Positions 53,475-64,000 of a stretch of DNA of 64,000 nt are shown here, piece after piece (within the stretch, counting starts at the first letter, position 1; every line of letters starts with the position of its first letter). This stretch comes from the human T2T-CHM13v2.0 reference genome, Homo sapiens, in assembly GCF_009914755.1 (NCBI RefSeq), contig NC_060943.1; one strand, 5' to 3'. The notes under the pieces were generated by a model. The model searched no databases. It was not told where the DNA came from and worked only from the letters and a program-made list of their open reading frames with translations. A program made the position numbers and the translations under genes.

Positions 53475-56400
53475 CACGTGGATATTTTGACTTCTTTGAG
53501 GCCTTCGTTGGAAACGGGTTTTTTCATGTAAGGCTAGACAGAAGAATTCTCAGTAACTTCCTTGTGTGGCGTGTATTCAACTGACAGAGTTGAACTTTCA
53601 TTTAGAGAGAGCAGATTTGAAACACTGTTTTTGAGGAATTTGCAAGTGGAGATTTCAAGCGCTTTGGGGCCAAAGGCAGAAAAGGAAATATCTTCGTAGA
53701 AAAACTAGACAGAATCATTCTCAGAAACTGCTCTGTGATGTGTGCGTTCAACTCTCAGAGTTTAACTTTTCTTTTCATTCAGTAGTTTGAAAACACTCTG
53801 TTTGTAAAGTCTGCACGTGGATATTTTGACCACTTAGAGGCCTTCGATGGAAACGGGGTTTTTTCATTTAAGGCTAGACAGAAGAATTCCCAGTAACTTC
53901 CTTGTGTTGTGTGCATTCAACTCACAGAGATGAACGTTCCCTTAGACAGAGCAGATTTGAAACACTCTATTTGTGCAATTTGCAAGTGTAGATTTCAAGC
54001 GCTTTAAGGTCAATGGCAGAAAAGGAAATATCTTTGTTTCAAAACTAGACAGAATCATTCCCACAAACTGCTTTGTGATGTGTTGGTTCAACTCACAGAG
54101 TTTATCCTTTCTGTTCATAGAGCAGTTAGGAAACACTCTGTTTGTAAAGTCTGTAAGTGGTTATAATGACATCTTGTGGCCTTCGTTGGAAACGGGATTT
54201 CTTCATATTCTGCTAGACAGAAGAATTCTCAGTAACTTCCTTGTGTTGTGTGTATTCAACTCACAGAGTTGAACGATCCTTTACACAGAGCAGACTTGAA
54301 ACACTCTATTTGTGGAATTTGCAAGTGGAGATTTCAGCCGCTTTGAGGTCAATGGTAGAATAGGAAATATCTTCCTATAGAAACTAGACAGAATGATTCT
54401 CAGAAACTCCTTTGTGATGTCTGCGTTCAACTCACAGAGTTTAACTTTTCTTTTCATTCAGCAGTTTGGAAACACTCTGTTTGTAAAGTCTGCACGTGGC
54501 TATTTTGACCACTTAGATTCCTTCGATGGAAACGGGTTTTTTTCATGTAAGGCTAGACAGAAGAATTCCCAGTAACTTCCTTGTGTTGTGTGCATTCAAC
54601 TCACAGAGATGAACGTTCCCTTAGACAGAGCAGATTTGAAACACTCTATTTGTGCAATTTGCAAGTGTAGATTTCAAGCGCTTTAAGGTCAATGGCAGAA
54701 AAGGAAATATCTTTGTTTCAAAACTAGACAGAATCATTCCCACAAACTGCGTTGTGATGTGTTCGTTCAACTCACAGAGTTTAAACTTTCTGTTCATAGA
54801 GCAGTTAGGAAACACTCTGTTTGTAAAGTCTGTAAGTGGATATTCTGACATCTTGTGGCCTTCGTTGGAAAAGGGATTTCTTCATATTCTGCTAGACAGA
54901 AGAATTCTCAGTAACTTCCTTGTGTTGTGTGTACTCAACTCACAGAGTTGAACGATCCTTTACACAGAGAAGACTTGAAACACTCTGTTTGTGGAATTTG
55001 CAAGTGGAGATTTCAGCCGCTTTGAGGTCAATGGTAGAATAGGAAATAACTTCCTATAAAACTAGACAAAATGATTCTCAGAAACTCCTTTGGGATGTGT
55101 GCGTTCAACTCACAGAGTTTAACCTTTCTTTTAATAGAGCAGTTAGGAAACACTCTGGTTATAAAGTCTGCAAGTGGATATTCAGACCTCCTTGAGGCCG
55201 TCGTTGGAAACGGGATTTCTTCATATTCTGCTAGACAGAAGAATTCTCAGTAACTTCCTTCTCTTGTGTGTATTCAACTCACAGAGTTGAACGATCCTTT
55301 ACACAGAGCAGACTTGAAACACTCTTTTTGTGGAATTTGCAAGTGGAGATTTCAGCCGCTTTGAGGTCAATGGTAGAATAGGAAATATCTTCTTATAGAA
55401 ACTAGACAGAATGATTCTCAGAAACTCCTTTGTGATGTGTGCGTTCAACTCACAGAGTTTAACCTTTCTTTTCATAAAGCAGTTAGGAAACACTCTGTTT
55501 ATAAAGTCTGCAAGTGGATATTCAGACCTCTTTGAGGCCTTCGTTGGAAACGGGATTTCTTCATATTCTGCTAGACAGAAGAATTCTCAGTAACTTCCTT
55601 GTGTTGTGTGTATTCAACTCACAGAGTTGAAAGATCCTTTACACAGAGCAGACTTGAAACACTCTTTTTGTGGAATTTGCAAGTGGAGATTTCAGCCGCT
55701 TTGAGGTCAATGGTAGAATAGGGAATATCTTCCTATAGAAACTAGACCGAATGATTCTCAGAAACTCCTTTGTGATGTGTGCGTTCAACTCACAGAGTTT
55801 AACCTTTCTTTTCATAGAGCAGTTAGGAAACACTCTGTTTATAAAGTCTGCAAGTGGATATTCAGACCTCTTTGAGGCCTTCGTTGGAAACGGGATTTCT
55901 TCATATTCTGCTAGACAGAAGAATTCTCAGTAACTTCCTTGTGTTGTGTGTATTCAACTCACAGAGTTGAAAGATCCTTTACACAGAGCAGACTTGAAAC
56001 ACTCTTTTTGTGGAATTTGCAAGTGGAGATTTCAGCCGCTTTGAGGTCAATGGTAGAATAGGAAATATCTTCCTATAGAAACTAGACAGAATGATTCTCA
56101 GAAACTCCTTTGTGATGTGTGCGTTCAACTCACAGAGTTTAACCTTTCTTTTCATAGAGCAGTTAGGAAACACTCTGTTTATAAAGTCTGCAAGTGGATA
56201 TTCAGACCTCTTTGACGCCTTCGTTGGAAACGGGATTTCTTCATATTCTGCCAGACAGAAGAATTCTCAGTAACTTCCTTGTGTTGTGTGTATTCAACTC
56301 ACAGAGTTGAACGATCCTTTACACAGAGCAGTCTTGAAACACTCTTTTTGTGGAATTTGCAAGTGGAGATTTCTGCCGCTTTGAGGTCAATGGTAGAATA

Positions 56401-59400
56401 GGAAATATCTTCCTATAGAAACTAGACAGAATGATTCTCAGAAACTGCTTTGTGATGTGTGCGTTCAACTCACAGCGTTTAACCTTTCTTTTCATAGAGC
56501 AGTTAGGAAACACTCTGTTTGTAAAGTCTGCAAGTGGATATTCAGACCTCTTTGAGGCCTTCGTTGGAAACGGGATTTCTTCATATTCTGCTAGACAGAA
56601 GAATTCTCAGTAACTTCCTTGTGTTGTGTGTATTCAACTCACAGAGTTGAACGATCCTTTACACAGAGCAGTCTTGAAACAGTCTTTTTGTGGATTTTGC
56701 AAGTGGAGATTTCTGCCGCTTTGAGGTCAATGGCAGAATAGGAAATATCTTCCTATAGAAACTAGACAGAATGATTCTCAGAAACTCCTTTGTGATGTGT
56801 GCGTTCAACTCGCATAGTTTAACCTTTCTTTTCATAGAGCAGTTAGGAAACACTCGGTTTGTAATGTCTGCACGTGGATATTTGGACTTCTTTGAGGCCT
56901 TCGTTGGAAACGGGTTTTTTCCATGTAAGGCTAGACAGAAGAATTCTAAGTAACTTCCTTGTGTTGTGTGTATTCAACTGACAGAGTTGAACTTTCATTT
57001 AGAGAGAGCAGATTTGAAACACTGTTTTTGTGGAATTTGCAAGTGGAGATTTCAAGCGCTTTGGGGCCAAAGGCCGAAAAGTAAATATCTTCGTATAAAA
57101 ACTAGACAGAATCACTCTCAGAAACTGCTCTGTGATGTGTGCGTTCAACTCTCAGAGTTTAACTTTTCTTTTCATTCAGCAGTTTGGAAACACTCTGTTT
57201 GTAAAGTCTGCACGTGGATATTTTGACCACTTAGAGGCCTTCTTTGGAAACGGGTTTTTTTCATGTAAGGATAGACAGAAGAATTCCCAGTAACTTCCTT
57301 GTGTTGTGTGCATTCAACTCACAGAGATGAACGTTCCCTTAGACAGAGCAGATTTGAAACACTCTATTTGTGCAATTTGCAAGTGTAGATTTCAAGGGCT
57401 TTAAGGTCGATGGCAGAAAAGGAAATATCTTCGTTTCAAAACTAGACAGAATCATTCCCACAAACGGCGTTGTGATGTGTTCGTTCAACTCACAGAGTTT
57501 AACCTTTCTGTTCATAGAGCAGTTAGGAAACACTCTGTTTGTAAAGTCTGTAAGTGGATATTCTGACATCTTGTGGCCTTCGTTGGAAACGGGATTTCTT
57601 CATATTCTGCTAGACAGAAGAATTCTCAGTAACTTCTTTGTGTTGTGTGTATTCAACTCACAGAGTTCCACGATCCTTTACACAGAGCAGACTTGAAACA
57701 CTCTTTTTGTGGAATTTGCAAGTGGAGATTTCAGCCGCTTTGAGGTCAATGGTAGAAAAGGAAATATCTTCGTATAAAAACTAGACACAATGATTCTCAG
57801 AAACTCCTTTGTGATGTGTGCGTTCAACTCACAGAGTTTAACTTTTCTTTTCATAGAGCAGTTAGCAAACACTCTGTTTGTAAATTCTGCAAGTGGATAT
57901 TCAGACCTCTTTGAGGCCTTCGTTGGAATCGGGATTTCTTCAAATTCTGCTAGGCAGAAGAATTCTCAGTAACTTCCTTGTGTTGTGTGTATTCAACTCA
58001 CAGAGTTGAACGATCCTTTACACAGAGCAGACTTGATACACTCTTCTTATGGAATTTGAAAGTGTAGATTTCAGCCGCTTTGAGGTCAATGGTAGAATAG
58101 GAAATATCTTCCTATGGAAACTAGACAGAATGATTCTCAGAAACTCCTTTGTGATGTGTGCGTTCAACTCACGGAGTTTAACCTTTCTTTTCATAGAGCA
58201 GTTAGGAAACACTCTGTTTGTAAAGTCTGCACGTGGATATTTGGACTTCTTTGAGGCCTTCGTTGGAAACGGGTTTTTTTCATGTAATGCTAGACAGAAG
58301 AATTCTCAGTAACTTCCTTGTGTTGTGTGTATTCAACTGACAGAGTTGAACTTTCATTTAGAGAGAGCAGATTTGAAACACTGTTTTTGTGGAATTTGCA
58401 AGTGGAGATTTCAAGCGCTTTGGGGCCAAAGGCAGAAAAGGAAATATCTTCGTATAAAAACTAGACAGAATCATTCTCAGAAACTGCTCTGTGATGTGTG
58501 CGTTCAACTCTCAGAGTTTAACTTTTCTTTTCATTCAGCAGTTTCGAAACACTCTGTTTGTAAAGTCTGCACGTGGATATTTTGACCACTTAGAGGCCTT
58601 CGTTGGAAACGGGTTTTCTTCATGTAAGGCTAGACAGAAGAATTCCCAGTAACTTCCTTGTGTTGTGTGCATTCAACTCACACAGATGAACGTTCCCTTA
58701 GACAGAGCAGATTTGAAACACTCTATTTGTGCAATTTGCAAGTGTAGATTTCAAGCGCTTTAAGGTCAATGGCAGAAAAGGAAATATCTTCGTTTCAAAA
58801 CTAGACAGAATCATTCCCACAAACTGCGTTGTGATGTGTTCGTTCAACTCACAGAGTTTAACCTTTCTGTTCATAGAGCAGTTAGGAAACACTCTGTTTG
58901 TAAAGTCTGTAAGTGGATATTCTGACATCTTGTGGCCTTCGTTGGAAACGGGATTTCTTCATATTCTGCTAGACAGAAGAATTCTCAGTAACTTCTTTGT
59001 GTTGTGTGTATTCAACTCACAGAGTTTACCGATCCTTTACACAGAGCTGACCTGAAACACTCTTTTTGTCGAATTTGCAAGTGGAGATTTCAGCCGCTTT
59101 GAGGTCAATGGTAGAATAGGAAATATCTTCCTATGGAAACTCGACAGAATGATTCTCAGAAACTCCTTTGTGATGTGTGCCTTGAACTCACAGAGTTTAA
59201 CCTTTCTTTTCATAGAGCAGTTAGGAAACACTCTGTTTGTAAAGTCTGCAAGTGGATATTAAGACCTCTTTGACGCCTTCGTTGGAAACGGGATTTCTTC
59301 ATATTCTGCTAGACAGAAGAATTCTCAGTAACTTCCTTGTTTTGTGTGTATTCAACTCACAGAGTTGAACGATACTTTACACAGAGCAGTCTTGAAACAC

Positions 59401-62400
59401 TCTTTTTGTGGAATTCGCAAGTGGAGATTTCTACCGCTTTGAGGTCAATGGTAGAATAGGAAATATCTTCATATAGAAACTAGACAGAATGATTCTCAGA
59501 AACTCCTTTGTGATGTGGGCGTTCAACTCACAGAGTTTAACCTTTCTTTTCATAGAGCAGTTAGGAAACACTCTGTTTGTAAGTCTGCACGTGGATATTT
59601 GGACTTCTTTGAGGCCTTCGTTGGAAACGGGTTTTTTTCATGTAAGGCTAGACAGAAGAATTCTCAGTAACTTCCTTGTGTTGTGTGTATTCAACTGACA
59701 GAGTTGAACTTTCATTTAGAGAGAGCAGATTTGAAACACAGTTTTTGTGGAATTTGCAAGTGGAGATTTCAAGCGCTATGGGGCCAAAGGCAGAAAAGGA
59801 AATATCTTCGTATAAAAACTAGACAGAATCATTCTCAGAAACTGCTCTGTGATGTGTGCGTTCAACTCTCAGAGTTTCACTTTTCTTTTCATTCAGCATT
59901 TTGGAAATACTCTGTTTGTAAAGTCTGCACGTGGATATTTTGACCACTTAGAGGCCTTCGTTGGAAACGGGTTTTTTTCATGTAAGGCTAGACAGAAGAA
60001 TTCCCAGTAACTTCCTTGTGTTGTGTGCATTCAACTCACAGAGATGAACGTTCCCTTAGACAGAGCAGATTTGAAACACTCTATTTGTGCAATTTGCAAG
60101 TGTAGATTTCAAGCGCTTTAAGGTCAATGGCAGAAAAGGAAATATCTTCGTTTCAAAACTAGACAGAATCATTCCCACAAACTGCGTTGTGATGTGTTCG
60201 TTCAACTCACAGAGTTTAAACTTTCTGTTCATAGAGCAGTTAGGAAACACTCTGTTTGTAAAGTCTGTAAGTGGATATTCCGACATCTTTTGGCCTTCTT
60301 TGGAAACGGGATTTCTTCATATTCTGCTAGACAGAAGAATTCTCAGTAACTCCTTTGTGTTGTGTGTATTCAACTCACAGAGTTGAACGATCCTTTACAC
60401 AGAGCAGACTTGAAACACTCTTTTTGTGGAATTTGCAAGTGGAGATTTCAGCCGCTTTGAGGTCAATGGTAGAATAGGAAATATCTTCCTATAGAAACTA
60501 GACAGAATGATTCTCAGAAACTCCTTTGTGATGTGTGCGTTCAACTCACAGAGTTTAACCTTTCTTTTCATAGAGCAGTTAGGAAACACTCTGGTTGTAA
60601 AGTCTGCAAGTGGATATTCAGACCTCTTTGAGGCCTTCGTTGGAAACGGGATTTCTTCATATTCTGCTAGACAGAAGAATTCCCAGTAACTTCCTTGTGT
60701 TGTGTGTATTCAACTCACAGAGTTGAACGATCCTTTACACAGAGCAGTCTTGAAACACTCTTTTTGTGGAATTTGCAAGTGGAGATTTCTGCCGGTTTGA
60801 GGTCAATGGTAGAATAGGAAAAAACTTCCTATAGAAACTAGACAGAATGATTCTCAGAAACTCCTTTGTGATGCGGGCGTTCAACTCACAGAGTTTAACC
60901 TTTCTTTTCATAGAGCAGTTAGGAAACAGTCTGTTTGTAATGTCTGCACGTGGATATTTGGACTTCTTTGACGCCTTCGTTGGAAACGGGTTTTTTCATG
61001 TAAGGCTAGACAGAAGAATTCTCAGTAACTTCCTTGTGTTGTGTGTATTCAACTGACAGAGTTGAACTTTCATTTAGAGAGAGCAGATTTGAAACACTGT
61101 TTTTGTGGAATTTGCAAGTGGAGATTTCAAGCTCTTTGGGGCCAAAGGCAGAAAAGGAAATATCTTCGTAGAAAAACTAGACAGAATCATTCTCAGAAAC
61201 TGCTCTGTGATGTGTGCGTTCAACTCTCAGAGTTTAACTTTTCTTTTCATTCAGCAGTTTGGAAACACTCTGTTTGTAAAGTCTGCACGTGGATATTTTG
61301 ACCACTTAGAGGCCTTCGTTGGAAACGGGTTTTTTTCATGTAAGGATAGACAGAAGAATTCCCAGTAACTTCCTTGTGTTGTGTGCATTCAACTCACAGA
61401 GATGAACGTTCCCTTAGACAGAACAGATTTGAAACACTCTATTTGTGCAATTTGCAAGTGTACATTTCAAGCGCTTTAAGGTCAATGGCAGAAAAGGAAA
61501 TATCTTCATTTCAAAACTAGACAGAATCATTCCCACAAACTGCGTTGTGATGTGTTCGTTCAACTCACAGAGTTTAACCTTTCTGTTCATAGAGCAGTTA
61601 GGAAACACTCTGTTTCTAAAGTCTGTAAGTGGATATTCTGACATATTGTGGCCTTCGTTGGAAACGGGATTTCTTCATATTCTGCTAGACAGAAAAATTC
61701 TCAGTAACTTCTTTGTGTTGTGTGTATTCAACTCACAGAGTTGAACGATCCTTTACACAGAGCAGACTTGAAACACTCTTTTTGTGGAATTTGCAAGTGG
61801 AGATTTCAGCCGCTTTGAGGTCAACGGTAGAATAGGAAATATCTTCCTATAGAAACTAGACAGAATGATTCTCAGAAACTCCTTTGTGATGTGTGCGTTC
61901 AACTCACAGAGTTTAACCTTTCTTTTCATAGAGCAGTTAGGAAACACTCTGTTTGTAAAGTCTGCACGTGGATACTTGGACTTCTTTGAGGCCTTCGTTG
62001 GAAACGGGTTTTTTTCATGTAAGGCTAGACAGAAGAATTCTCAGTAACTTCCCTGTGTTGTGTGTTTTCAACTGACAGAGTTGAACTTTCATTTAGAGAG
62101 AGCAGATTTGAAACACTGTTTTTGTGGAATTTGCAAGTGGAGATTTCAAGCGTTTTGGAGCCAAAGGCAGAAAAGGAAATATCTTCGTATAAAAACTAGA
62201 CAGAATCATTCTCAGAAACCGCTCTGTGATGTGTGCGTTCAACTCTCAGAGTTTAACTTTTCTTTTCATTTAGCAGTTTGGAAACTCTCGGGTTGTAAAG
62301 TCTGCACGTGGATATTTTGAACACTTAGAGGCCTTCGTTGGAAACGGGTTTTTTTCATGTAAGGCTAGACAGAAAAATTCCCAGTAACTTCCTTGTGTTG

Positions 62401-64000
62401 TGTGCATTCAACTCACAGAGATGAACGTTCCCTTCGACAGAGCAGATTTGAAACACTCTATTTGTGCAATTTGCCAGTGTAGATTTCAAGCGCTTTAAGG
62501 TCAATGGCAGAAAAGGAAATATCTTCGTTTCAAAACTAGACAGAATCATTCCCACAAACTGCGTTGTGATGTGTTGGTTCAACTCACAGAGTTTAACCTT
62601 TCTGTTCATAGAGCAGTTAGGAAACACTCTGTTTGTAAAGTCTGTAAGTGGATATTCTGACATCCTGTGGCCTTCGTTGGAAACGGGATTTCTTCATATT
62701 CTGCTAGACAGAAGAATTCTCAGTAACTTCCTTGTGTTGTGTGTATTCAACTCACAGAGTTGAACGATCCTTTACACAGAGCAGTCTTGAAACACTCTTT
62801 TTGTGGAATTTGCAAGTGGAGATTTCTGCTGCTTTGAGGTCAATGGTAGAATAGGAAATATCTTCCTATAGAAACTAGACAGAATGATTCTCAGAAACTC
62901 CTTTGTGATGTGGGCGTTCAACTCACAGAGTTTAACCTTTCTTTTCATAGAGCAGTTAGGAAACACTCTGTTTGTAAAGTCTGCACGTGGATACTTGGAC
63001 TTCTTTGAGGCCTTCGTTGGAAACGGGTTTTTTTCATGTAAGGCTAGACAGAAGAATTCTCAGTAACTTCCTTGTGTTGTGTGTATTCAACTGACAGAGT
63101 TGAACTTTCATTTAGAGAGAGTAGATTTGAAACACTGTTTTTGTGGAATTTGCAAGTGGAGATTTCAAGCGCTTTGGGGCCAAAGGCAGAAAAGGAAATA
63201 TCTTCGTAGAAAAACTAGACAGAATCATTCTCAGAAACTGCTCTGTGATGTGTGCGTTCAACTCTCAGAGTTTAACTTTTCTTTTCATTCAGCAGTTTGG
63301 AAACACTCTGTTTGTAAAGTCTGCACGTGGATATTTTGACCACTTAGAGGCCTTCGTTGGAAACGGGTTTTCTTCATGTAAGGCTAGACAGAAGAATTCC
63401 CAGTAACTTCCTTGTGTTGTGTGCATTCAACTCACACAGATGAACGTTCCCTTAGACAGAGCAGATTTGAAACACTCTATTTGTGCAATTTGCAAGTGTA
63501 GATTTCAAGCGCTTTAAGGTCAATGGCAGAAAAGGAAATATCTTCGTTTCAAAACTAGACAGAATCATTCCCACAAACTGCGTTGTGATGTGTTCGTTCA
63601 ACTCACAGAGTTTAACCTTTCTGTTCATAGAGCAGTTAGGAAACACTCTGTTTGTAAAGTCTGTAAGTGGATATTCTGACATCTTGTGGCCTTCGTTGGA
63701 AACGGGATTTCTTCATATTCTGCTAGACAGAAGAATTCTAAGTAACTTCATTGTGTTGTGTGTATTCAACTCACAGAGTTTACCGATCCTTTACACAGAG
63801 CTGACCTGAAACACTCTTTTTGTCGAATTTGCAAGTGGAGATTTCAGCCGCTTTGAGGTCAATGGTAGAATAGGAAATATCTTCCTATGGAAACTCGACA
63901 GAATGATTCTCAGAAACTCCTTTGTGATGTGTGCGTTGAACTCACAGAGTTTAACCTTTCTTTTCATAGAGCAGTTAGGAAACACTCTGTTTGTAAAGTC
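53475..64000 (+). repeat. Multi-monomer HOR domain: 6-mer (~1,019 bp) and 8-mer (~1,359 bp) units with interspersed dimers
   Basis: New monomer types appear (ACTTTCATTTAGAGAGAG...GGGGCCAAAGGC; GATGAACGTTCCCTTAG...TCCCACAAAC). The unit marker CACGTGGATAYTTKGACTTC is at 53475, 56871, 58230, 59588, 60947, 61965 and 62984, giving spacings of 3396, 1359, 1358, 1359, 1018 and 1019. Confidence 0.93.

Larger units (their letters stand above)
1..64000 (+). repeat. Centromeric alpha-satellite array, SF1, most likely the active chr1/5/19 HOR family (D1Z7/D5Z2/D19Z3; S1C1/5/19H1L)
   Basis: Continuous ~170-bp monomers with alphoid hallmarks (TTCAACTCACAGAG, GAAACACTCT, TGCAAGTGGA, CTAGACAGAA). A CENP-B box occurs in every second monomer and an EcoRI site (GAATTC) about every 340 bp. 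Alpha satellite is certain; the family assignment is from recall, not from a search. Confidence 0.97.

Noticed and set aside
53475-63328. CACGTG E-box motifs, two per HOR
   Set aside because: This is a single-base variant of CAAGTG within satellite DNA. Nothing in the sequence supports transcription-factor function, so it was used only as a marker.
18-63985. Hundreds of 60-108 aa ORFs on both strands (MILRNSFVMC..., MFPNCSMKRK...)
   Set aside because: They are translations of the satellite unit recurring every 340 bp. They overlap on opposite strands, are freely broken by stops and frameshifts, and resemble no real protein family I recognise.
1-64000. CRISPR-like or cassette-like repeat/spacer system
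   Set aside because: There are no unique spacers; the entire unit is repeated, and there are no associated genes.
53475-64000. Possible foreign insertion or different satellite family at the right end
   Set aside because: It has the same ~170-bp frame, orientation, CENP-B phase and EcoRI phase. These are additional alphoid monomer types, not L1, Alu or HSat.
1-64000. Inversions or strand switches
   Set aside because: All CENP-B boxes and monomers read in the same orientation; none were seen.
1-64000. Assignment to chromosome 1, 5 or 19, or to the kinetochore (CDR) site
   Set aside because: The HOR family is shared among the three chromosomes and the CDR is defined epigenetically. This needs mapping and methylation data.

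Overview
The whole 64 kb window is uninterrupted primate (human-type) centromeric alpha-satellite DNA in one orientation. It is a suprachromosomal family 1 (SF1) array of ~170-bp monomers that alternate between a CENP-B-box type and a pJalpha-position type, forming a 340-bp dimer with one EcoRI site. From memory it best fits the active chr1/5/19 array (D1Z7/D5Z2/D19Z3, S1C1/5/19H1L); the chromosome cannot be determined here. I found no genes, RNA genes, transposon insertions or inversions, and every listed ORF is a by-product of the repeat. Positions 1-~53,470 are dimer array and ~53,475-64,000 are 6-mer/8-mer higher-order repeats (HORs). The informative structure lies in the variants: a near-perfect 5,779-bp (17-dimer) super-repeat with mappable junctions, and two CENP-B-box-poor tracts. 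An 8-dimer skip removes one of those tracts, and there are spatially separated dimer haplotype domains and many nested 680-4,754-bp duplications. I found no evidence of a new protein-coding system. All comparisons were made by eye, so counts are minimum estimates.
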